Below are positions 26,305 to 33,584 of a DNA stretch of 36,805 bases, piece after piece. The stretch comes from Bdellovibrionota bacterium. GTDB lineage: Bacteria; Bdellovibrionota_C; UBA2361; JBGSMV01. Numbering within the stretch: the stretch's first letter is position 1; every line of letters starts with the position of its first letter. Below the pieces are notes generated by a model. That model was not told the origin of the DNA and made no database searches. It saw only the letters and a list, made by a program, of their open reading frames with translations. The position numbers were made by a program, and so were the translations under genes. The stretch spans positions 1 through 36,805 of the forward strand of contig JBIKWF010000034.1 in assembly GCA_044356455.1 (NCBI GenBank). Reading direction: 5' to 3'.

Positions 26305-27246
26305 TTAATTGTTCCGCGGATCAAATGCTACTTCATCCGCTTGCTTCCAAAGTTTAATGATCTTCTGGGCAATGGCCCCTATCTCTTCCTTGGTAGCTGG
26401 GGCTTTTTCCCCCAATTGAAGTACCTTCTCCTCTATCCTCTTCATCGCTTCCTGGCTAATTGCTCCAAGCATAAAGAGCTCAAGGATTTTCTCAGGGGTT
26501 ATCTCACTGGGCGCCAACCTACTGATTTCAGATAATATTCGCTCTTCTTCCTCTTCATCGAGCCTGTCAGGCTGAGGCGTATTCGCAAAAAAGTAAAGAA
26601 TAGTTTGCACGAGAGCCGACTGCGAAAATTTCGCACGATTGGCAAACTGAGAAGTCGCCTGCGCAAATTCTACTGCTGCATCTGGGTCAAGGCCGACTGC
26701 ATTCTCCGGAGTAGTAGAAGGAGCCGCGCCAAGATTTGGGCTCAGTGTTCCACTATTCGCTAACTCTTCATTAGGATCGACCTCGGTCCCCACCGAAACA
26801 CTGGGATCTCCCCCCGCTACTCGATCCCCAATTTTTGCCGCGCGCTGGCTCTGTTGAGTTGCCGCGGCCTGTTCATCAGATAGATTCCCCGCGTCTTCTT
26901 GAACCTTTGCCTGCTCTCGCGCCTCTTGGCGCTGCTGCTCCCTGACTTTCGCTTCTCTTTCTCTCTGTCTGCGCTGCGCGCGCTGTTCTCTTGCTTCAGC
27001 TGAACGAGAAGAGCGAGATGAGGTTCTATCTGAAGTGCGCTGCTGAGTTCCGGCGACTCTTCCCGGCCTAATCCGGGCGCCTTCATCGCGCTGCTGCTCG
27101 CGCACAGGTCGGTCTGGGCCACGCTCGGTCGTGGGCTTTTCAAGCCCATGAACCTTTAGCTGCCCCAGGTCAGAGGACTGCTGTTCTTCCTTTTTCGGAG
27201 AACCGCCTGGCCGGAGTAACCGACCTGTTGAAGTTTTCTGCTCCAT
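26305..27246 (-). CDS. Hypothetical protein, charged low-complexity N-terminus and helical C-terminus
   Basis: 313 aa intact ORF; R/E/Q-rich coiled-coil segment. Confidence 0.7.
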   Translation of the reverse strand: MEQKTSTGRLLRPGGSPKKEEQQSSDLGQLKVHGLEKPTTERGPDRPVREQQRDEGARIRPGRVAGTQQRTSDRTSSRSSRSAEAREQRAQRRQREREAKVREQQRQEAREQAKVQEDAGNLSDEQAAATQQSQRAAKIGDRVAGGDPSVSVGTEVDPNEELANSGTLSPNLGAAPSTTPENAVGLDPDAAVEFAQATSQFANRAKFSQSALVQTILYFFANTPQPDRLDEEEEERILSEISRLAPSEITPEKILELFMLGAISQEAMKRIEEKVLQLGEKAPATKEEIGAIAQKIIKLWKQADEVAFDPRNN

Positions 27247-27621
27247 GAACCCCTATACCTAGAAGCATCCGCAAAAAGAGCTAAATTAAGCCCTCTGCCG
27301 AGGGTACTGCCCTTAAGGAGGCGCTCACGCTCCCCCGCAAATACTCAGGCTAAGTTATGAAGAAAACCGAGACTTTTGTGCGTTTGAAACTAAAAATCTT
27401 GTAAAGATAATGGTACCACAGGGCTTCAGGGCCAACCAATGTATACCTTCAGAACTACTGGCCCCTGAGGCTAACTATTTGTTCTCACACAACTTCTAAT
27501 TACCTCAAAGCTTTGCTAGGGTCAGCTCGCATGGCGGCGAGGAGCCTTAGCGACTCTAGAAGGGGCATTTTACCCCCCCCCTATAGGCCGGCTAAGCCTT
27601 TGAGAGTGCCGAGTAAAATTC

Positions 27622-29370
27622 GTGGAGAGAGAAACTGTGCGGTCAGAACTTGTTACAGCGCTTACTGAAGCACTTGCAAAGGCTACGGGTTGGGAGCTCT
27701 CACAAGTCCAATCGGCTCTTTCCCTTCCGAAGGACTTTGCTCACGGAGACTATGCCTTCCCCTGTTTCGGTCTCGCCAAAGAGCGCAAAATGCCCCCCCC
27801 CGCCTGTGCAGAAGAGCTTGCGAAGACCCTTGTTTTGCCTGCTGGCATAGAACGCTCACAGGTAGTCGGCCCCTATCTCAACTTTTTTGTAGAGCGAAAG
27901 ACTTTTGCCAAAGAAGTGCTCGCTAGGATTTTGTCGGGCGGATCTCCTCTTAAGGTGGCTGCCCAGAAAAAGAAGTTTATTGTCGAATACTCTAGCCCCA
28001 ACATCGCCAAACCCTTTCACATAGGGCATTTGCGAACCACGCTCATTGGGCATTCGATAGATAGAATTCTTCGCTCGCTTGGGCATGAGGTGATTAGCGT
28101 CAATCACTTGGGCGACTGGGGCACTCAGTTCGGATTTGTGTATGCAGGGTGCAAACTCTGGGGCCGTCCTGCAGAAGAGAATATTTTTGAACTGGTAGAT
28201 ATGTATGTGCGCGCGTCAGCCCTCAGGCGTGCCCAAGAAGAGAAAACCGTTCCTGCCGAAGATCTCGACAAGCCTGACGTTAATCAGATGGCGCGGGACT
28301 ATTTCTTGAAGCTTGAGGCAGACGACCCTGAGGCGACCGAGTTCTGGCAGTGGTGCCTTGATATCTCTCTTAAATACCTAAAGGACCTTTATCAGCGCCT
28401 CGGTGTGCATTTTGACCACTACACTGGCGAGTCGTTTTACCGTAAGAAGCTTGGCGCCGTTGAGAAAATGCTCCGAGAAAGTGGTATCCTCGAAGATTCG
28501 CGCGGCGCGCTTGGCGTGGACTTAGGTAAGCAACTTGGTTTTGCGCGCGTGTTCACTGAGGATCTTGCCACGGCAGACTACCGCCATAAAACGTATGCCG
28601 CAGACAAGATTCTCTACGTTGTCGGCGCACCTCAGAGCCAATACTTCAAACAACTGATTGAAATCTTCAAGCGCATGAAGCACCCCGTAGGGGACACCAT
28701 GGTCCACGTTTCCTATGGCAATGTACCGGGCATTAGCACGCGCAAAAGCTCTGGGAAGGATGATAGGATTTGGTTGCATTCGCTCTTAGACGAGGCGCAC
28801 GAGCGGGCGCTCGAAGCCTATCGCAGCCAGGTGGTGAAAAAGGCCGATGACGGCACTACTCCCGTCCCCGCGGTGGCGGACGAGGAGACTCTCGCAGAGG
28901 CGGTCGGCTTGGGCGCGATATTCTTCAACTATCTTTGCCGCACCAACGTAAAGGAGTTCAACTTCTCTTGGGAAGAGGCACTCAGCTTCCAAGGAGATAC
29001 AGGGCCCTACGTCCAATATGCGGTTGCCCGAATTAACAGCATCGAAGCGAAAGCAGCCCAAACGGGCATTACCCCACTCGCAACCTGTGATACCAGCGCC
29101 CTTACTGACGATTCCGCCCACCAGGTAATGTCTCTCCTGAGCCGTTTCCAAGACGTCGTAGAACTATCTGCCGAGGACTATGAACCCAATCATGTAGCCT
29201 CCTATGTGCTCGATTTGGCAAAGTCCTTTTCCGGAGCTTATCGGAACCTTAGAGTCATCGGCGAACCCCCCGAGGTTGCAGCGGCTCGCTTAACTCTTTT
29301 TAGAGCGGTAAAAGATACGCTCAAGGTCGGACTTGGGCTCATCGGGGTTCCCGTGGTGGAGCGGATGTGA
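27622..29370 (+). CDS. argS: Arginine--tRNA ligase (apparent short in-frame deletion)
   Basis: HGDYA, GPYLNF, EYSSPNIAKPFHIGHLR, HLGDWGTQFG, GESFY, GDTGPYVQYA..R, C-terminal ERM. Confidence 0.96.
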   Translation: MERETVRSELVTALTEALAKATGWELSQVQSALSLPKDFAHGDYAFPCFGLAKERKMPPPACAEELAKTLVLPAGIERSQVVGPYLNFFVERKTFAKEVLARILSGGSPLKVAAQKKKFIVEYSSPNIAKPFHIGHLRTTLIGHSIDRILRSLGHEVISVNHLGDWGTQFGFVYAGCKLWGRPAEENIFELVDMYVRASALRRAQEEKTVPAEDLDKPDVNQMARDYFLKLEADDPEATEFWQWCLDISLKYLKDLYQRLGVHFDHYTGESFYRKKLGAVEKMLRESGILEDSRGALGVDLGKQLGFARVFTEDLATADYRHKTYAADKILYVVGAPQSQYFKQLIEIFKRMKHPVGDTMVHVSYGNVPGISTRKSSGKDDRIWLHSLLDEAHERALEAYRSQVVKKADDGTTPVPAVADEETLAEAVGLGAIFFNYLCRTNVKEFNFSWEEALSFQGDTGPYVQYAVARINSIEAKAAQTGITPLATCDTSALTDDSAHQVMSLLSRFQDVVELSAEDYEPNHVASYVLDLAKSFSGAYRNLRVIGEPPEVAAARLTLFRAVKDTLKVGLGLIGVPVVERM

Positions 29371-29445
29371 TACGAGTGCGCCCGGGCGGACTTCTTCGAA
29401 GCAGTCCGCCGGAGCGTGAGAGCGAGAGGGAGCCGTCAATAAGGT

Positions 29446-29506
29446 CCTTCTTAGCGGTCTTAGTGTTCTTAGTGGTTGTTTTTATAAACTACTAAGACCA
29501 CTAAGG
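29446..29506. repeat. 9-bp-periodic hairpin, CTTAGTG variant
   Basis: CTTAGCGGT-CTTAGTGTT-CTTAGTGGT, AT-rich loop, ACTACTAAG-ACCACTAAG. Confidence 0.8.
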
Positions 29507-29530
29507 GGTTTTTTGAAAATTGATTGATTA

Positions 29531-29604
29531 CGGGGTGTAGCTCAGCCTGGTAGAGCGCACGGTTCGGGACCGTGAGGTCGAAGGTTCAAATCCTTTCACC
29601 CCGA
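29531..29604 (+). tRNA. tRNA-Pro(CGG), CCA not encoded
   Basis: CGGGGTGTAGCTCAGCCTGGTAGAGC...TTCGGGA...GGTTCAAATCC...CACCCCGA. Confidence 0.97.
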
Positions 29605-29750
29605 TTTAAAAATCACCGCAAGTTCTCTCTTTGGTGTTGGCCTTTCCTGGCCTGTCACACCCCCGGTAGAGGCAAGTCCCTTTTGAACCAGACGCCATCA
29701 ATCGCCAAGTTACCCCTCACAAACCGTGAATACCGAGTCCAATCAAACCG

Positions 29751-30365
29751 CTACAACACCGCCCCTTCTTTGCGTCCATGCTGAGTTGACTCATCATAGG
29801 AACGATCGAGGCTTCGAATCTCTGCAAGCACATCATTTGCTGCCCGATGGGCTTCCTTCGTAGTGAGGTTAGGGTTCTTCTTCGCAGCTTCTCGAACTCG
29901 TTCTGCTACCCGCTCATAGTTCTTGAGCACAAAATCGATATGCGTGCGTTCATGGTTCAGAATAGCCACAAGGTAGGACTCCCATGCACCCCGAAGCGCC
30001 TGAGAAGAAACCGCTCCCCCCTCCCAGCGTGGAACCGTTACCTCAATTGCATACTCTGCCTTGGTGCTAGCAAAGTCGTTAATGCCTCCTTTCTCCGGCC
30101 AGACCCAGGACACTCGCCATGCCGTGTACGCATCAACTTGGGAGCCATAGAAATCTTTTGGCCCACGCTGCCGAATCTCTTGCATGATTTTTTCGGGAGT
30201 ATCACCGGTAACGGAATACTCAGTTACCACCACTCCCGGAATCTCTCGTAGTTTCCTCAGCAGGCTCTGCGACGAAGTGCTGCCCACTGGGTCTCGATAA
30301 AAACCAAGCGCCAGCACCACCGCAAATGCCGACACGAACGCAAGAATACTTTGCAGCTTATTCAT
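29751..30365 (-). CDS. Secreted putative Zn-dependent protease (DUF922-like)
   Basis: Signal/anchor; YSVTG, VPRW, HERTH (HExxH), YDESTQHGRKEG. Confidence 0.8.
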   Translation of the reverse strand: MNKLQSILAFVSAFAVVLALGFYRDPVGSTSSQSLLRKLREIPGVVVTEYSVTGDTPEKIMQEIRQRGPKDFYGSQVDAYTAWRVSWVWPEKGGINDFASTKAEYAIEVTVPRWEGGAVSSQALRGAWESYLVAILNHERTHIDFVLKNYERVAERVREAAKKNPNLTTKEAHRAANDVLAEIRSLDRSYDESTQHGRKEGAVL

Positions 30366-30403
30366 CCCCCACCCCTCTCAACCACACACCAATGAAAACT
30401 AGG

Positions 30404-30985
30404 CTATTGAACGATGAACTCAGTGAAGTACACGTTCGTCACCACTGGCTCTTCATAGGCCAAAGCCTCATTAATACCCTCGACGAGTTCTTCCTTAAGT
30501 CTGTCTTTTCCCTCACCAGAAAGAACCTCAGATGACTTTTTCGAGACGAATACGCGAATGATGGCGTCGCGAAGCATTCCCTCTCTCTCCTTCATGCCGT
30601 GCGGTAGCGCCTGGGAATCGCCGCCACCTCCTCCGCCTCCTGCCGCACCACCTCCGTGCCCACTGCCACCTTCAGCAGAATGCGCTGCAAGAACTCGGTG
30701 CAGAATCGTTTCATCGTATTCAATAAGGATCACCGCTTTAAGAAAGGACGTTTGCTCAGAGAGATTCACAAGAAAGGGATCCATTTTTGCGAGCTTAAGC
30801 ACAGGCTCTACGTGCTCTTCTTTCTTCTTGTCCTCTTTCTTTTCGCCGCCCATGAGGGCCATGGCCGCGCCTCCTCCACCGAGCAGGAGCACGACTACCG
30901 CAATGATGATGACAAGCATCTTCTTGCTGCCCTTTTTAGGAGCTTCGCCTTCGCCTTCTTTCTTTTCTTCTTCTGCCTTGGCCAT
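30404..30985 (-). CDS. fliL: Flagellar basal-body-associated protein FliL
   Basis: Single TM then LGGGG; FLVNL, LRDAII, EGKDRLKEEL..IN, VYFTEFIVQ; GAGG upstream of ATG 30985. Confidence 0.92.
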   Translation of the reverse strand: MAKAEEEKKEGEGEAPKKGSKKMLVIIIAVVVLLLGGGGAAMALMGGEKKEDKKKEEHVEPVLKLAKMDPFLVNLSEQTSFLKAVILIEYDETILHRVLAAHSAEGGSGHGGGAAGGGGGGGDSQALPHGMKEREGMLRDAIIRVFVSKKSSEVLSGEGKDRLKEELVEGINEALAYEEPVVTNVYFTEFIVQ

Positions 30986-31088
30986 ATATCTACCTCGCGC
31001 ATTTCTGCTGCATTGAGTACGCAGACCCCAATCACAGAAGGAAAGTCGGCAGCTTAGTGAATAAAGTTGAACGGAACCGGGTGAGGCC

Positions 31089-31841
31089 TTAGCCCTGGCC
31101 CAAGAGTGCAATCTGGCCTAAGAGAAATGCCAAGGCCTGCTCGACCCGCAGCACGCGAGATCCCAAAGAAATGCTTTGAAATCCACGACTTAGCAGCAAG
31201 AGCCGCTCCGCCTCCGACCACCCGGCCTCGGGTCCAAGGGCCACCATAGTGGAAGCCCCTGGCACAAGGTGAATTTTTGATACCGAGCTCTCAGGAGATG
31301 CGAGCGTATCGGCAAAAATGGCTGCGCCGTGACCATGAGGAGGGACTGGTTCAGCAAAAGGGCGTACCTCTGCCAGGCATTTCTTTAAGTGAGAATGCAC
31401 GGCGACTTTCGGAAGACGCCACTCACCACCCTGCTCAAGTCCTTTCACAAGAAAGCGTTGCAACTCCGCGGGTTCGAAAACAGTGGACGATTGATAACTC
31501 TTCTCGCCTTGTTCTGAGGCGACAAAATGCAGCTCGGAAACCCCCAACGTAGCACAGAGCTCAAGCACTTTTTTTACCGTCTGAGGCCTAGGAAGCCCAA
31601 TTAGACAGCGAGCTGCGCAGGGAGCAGCTGGGGCAGAGGAAACAGTAAAGTCGAGCGAAACTTCTTGAGGGGTAACCGATAACACCGTGCCAGTGCCGCG
31701 CCCACGATTCTCAGCAACCACTGCGAGAGAGAGACCGGCCTCTACTTTGTGCTGGTCACGCGCATAGGCAGCTCGCTCTCCGACAAGCACTGCTCGGCCT
31801 TCCGAAGAGCACTCTGCTGAATAGAGGAAAAGGTAATTCAC
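31089..31841 (-). CDS. rsmE: 16S rRNA m3U1498 methyltransferase
   Basis: GLPRPQ, ATLGV, LEQG, ALGPEAGW...E, SLGSRVLRVEQA SPOUT knot. Confidence 0.9.
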   Translation of the reverse strand: MNYLFLYSAECSSEGRAVLVGERAAYARDQHKVEAGLSLAVVAENRGRGTGTVLSVTPQEVSLDFTVSSAPAAPCAARCLIGLPRPQTVKKVLELCATLGVSELHFVASEQGEKSYQSSTVFEPAELQRFLVKGLEQGGEWRLPKVAVHSHLKKCLAEVRPFAEPVPPHGHGAAIFADTLASPESSVSKIHLVPGASTMVALGPEAGWSEAERLLLLSRGFQSISLGSRVLRVEQALAFLLGQIALLGQG

Positions 31842-31912
31842 ATCAAAAGCAAATTTTGCGATTTCTCTTGGATACCCTGAGCGACTATAGAAAATTCCCC
31901 ACCTTAGTGTTC

Positions 31913-32021
31913 TTAGGGAATCTTTGAAAAAGTCCGCTCTGTGAACTCTGTGCCCTCTGTGGTTGATTTAAATTGTTGAAAAACCACAGAGGGCACAGAG
32001 TTCACTGAGAAAAAATAAATT
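31913..32021. mobile_element. YTAG MITE copy E, inverted orientation, one end lost
   Basis: Matches the revcomp of 21180-21316 from the TTAG end through the hairpin core. Confidence 0.8.
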
Positions 32022-32090
32022 ACGCGAAGGACTACCGGTGGTTATCTTCGCGTCCTTCGCGTCCTTCGCGTCCTTCGCGTCCTTCGCGTT
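32022..32090. repeat. 9-bp tandem repeat CTTCGCGTC x5 with an inverted partner
   Basis: Five copies at 32046-32090 (last ends in T); ACGCGAAGGA at 32022-32031. Confidence 0.92.
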
Positions 32091-32133
32091 AAAATTGCCT
32101 TACAATTCTTAAGAGAATCTGCAACTCACCACA

Positions 32134-32559
32134 CTAGCAATCTTTAGGGCAAGAAGCAGCGCTTTCAGGACATGGGCATCCAACTGCCATGCACACAATC
32201 TCTTGGCACTCTCCGTCGCCACAAAGATCGCGGCATGCCGCTTTGCCGGAACCTGGAGACTTTTCAAGCGGGCGCCCGCCTTCAAGACCTAAGTCCTCGA
32301 TGATTTCTATCGAGTTCGGGGATTTTCCCTCAATAAAGGTTGCCCCGTCACGTGTCATGCAGCTTGGCGGCAAGGTTCGGCGAATCACATTTCCGGCCGC
32401 TACACATTGCTCGAAGGAAGTAATTTTTGGCCCTGGGGACTGAGCGCCTGGAGACTGCGCTACAGTGCACCCACTGCCCAGAAGTATCACCGCACTTAGA
32501 GCGCCGACGAGTCTTGCCGAAACCATTCCTAAGCTACTCATTAAGATTCTCCTCCGCAC
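32134..32559 (-). CDS. Putative Cys-rich lipoprotein
   Basis: Lipobox-like LLGSGC; ITSFEQCVAAGN...C module; C-terminal CGDGECQ...CPCPE...CPKDC; start uncertain. Confidence 0.75.
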   Translation of the reverse strand: MRRRILMSSLGMVSARLVGALSAVILLGSGCTVAQSPGAQSPGPKITSFEQCVAAGNVIRRTLPPSCMTRDGATFIEGKSPNSIEIIEDLGLEGGRPLEKSPGSGKAACRDLCGDGECQEIVCMAVGCPCPESAASCPKDC

Positions 32560-32574
32560 GAAGTCGAAGCTACT

Positions 32575-33066
32575 TTAGTGATGATGTCCACCCGGTCCAT
32601 GAGCATGGCCGTGGGTGAGCTCTTCCTTGGTAGCAGGGCGCACCGCGACAATTGAGACATCAAAAAAGAGCTTCTTGCCCGCGAGCGGGTGATTTCCGTC
32701 TACCTCAATTGACTCGGACTCAATCTTAGTGACCCTCACGACGAGCGTCTCGTTTTGTGGGCCGGCCAACTCAAACATCATGCCCATCTCAATCTTAGCA
32801 CCCTTAGGAAATTGCTTTTTCTCGAGCGAAAGAATTAAGCCCTCGTCGTATTCTCCATACCCGTCTTTAGGCGAAACTTCAGCCTTCACTGAATCGCCAA
32901 CTTTTTTGCCCAAGAGTTCTTTCTCAAGCCCAGGAATAATTTGGCCGTGGCCATGGAGATACATGAGCGGCTCGGCTCCTTCTGAGCTATCAAGAACGCT
33001 CTTATCCTCCCCGCGGAGGGTGTAGTGAATTGAAACAACAGTGTCCGCCGAAATAACATCAACCAT
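32575..33066 (-). CDS. slyD: FKBP-type peptidyl-prolyl isomerase SlyD
   Basis: VSIHYTL, YLHGHGQIIPGLE, VDGNHPLAG, HGHAHGPGGHHH; GAGGA upstream of ATG 33066. Confidence 0.95.
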   Translation of the reverse strand: MVDVISADTVVSIHYTLRGEDKSVLDSSEGAEPLMYLHGHGQIIPGLEKELLGKKVGDSVKAEVSPKDGYGEYDEGLILSLEKKQFPKGAKIEMGMMFELAGPQNETLVVRVTKIESESIEVDGNHPLAGKKLFFDVSIVAVRPATKEELTHGHAHGPGGHHH

Positions 33067-33232
33067 ACCAATGTCCTCTAAAGACGAGAGATCCTTAAAA
33101 AGGCGAGAGCGCCATATATGAGTTCCTACAGGTGGCCCGGCGGGAGGCCCGCGCCCCAAGAGGGGAGATGATGTCACGTCGAAACACTGCTTCGCAAGCG
33201 CAGCATGGGTGTGAAGAGGCCTTAAAGGGCCT

Positions 33233-33520
33233 TCATTTGCTTGTAAGGATTGAAAAAGTGCAAAATTCCTCAGGCTCTGGCGGGGACTCGTGCACGGAAA
33301 CACTCTCCACGCGAGCCCCCGAAGGGCCTCGACGGAGTGCCGTCAAAAGCTCCGCTACTCGTGCCTGGTCGCCCTCAACGAGAGCCTGAACGGATCCATC
33401 CGATTCGTTCTTTACCCAGCCCACGCACTCTCGGGCCAGAGCCTCACGCTCCGTCCAGCGCCGAAAGCCAACGCCCTGCACCTGACCTGAAATTGTTACA
33501 AGCACTCGGCGATGCGTCAT
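33233..33520 (-). CDS. acyP: Acylphosphatase
   Basis: GQVQGVGFR, GWVKN..DGSV, GPSGARV. Confidence 0.95.
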   Translation of the reverse strand: MTHRRVLVTISGQVQGVGFRRWTEREALARECVGWVKNESDGSVQALVEGDQARVAELLTALRRGPSGARVESVSVHESPPEPEEFCTFSILTSK

Positions 33521-33584
33521 GACTAACTATTCGTCCCGAGGAAATATGAATGTTCCGGTGGTGGATTGCGGTAGGGCGCCCCAC

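Noticed and set aside
27247..27621. T-box riboswitch upstream of argS (also checked leuS and proS leaders)
   Set aside because: No GGTGGnACCGCG T-box motif or antiterminator seen.
28720..28750. Missing KMSKS in ArgRS as an anomaly
   Set aside because: ArgRS commonly has a degenerate (M/I)STRK motif; GISTRK is normal.
30404..30985. Orphan fliL as novel
   Set aside because: Dispersed fliL copies are common, and the poly-Gly insert is a low-complexity loop.
33160..33240. Hammerhead or HDV-like ribozyme (GATGATG...CGAAAC)
   Set aside because: The CUGANGA core and the required stems are not satisfied.
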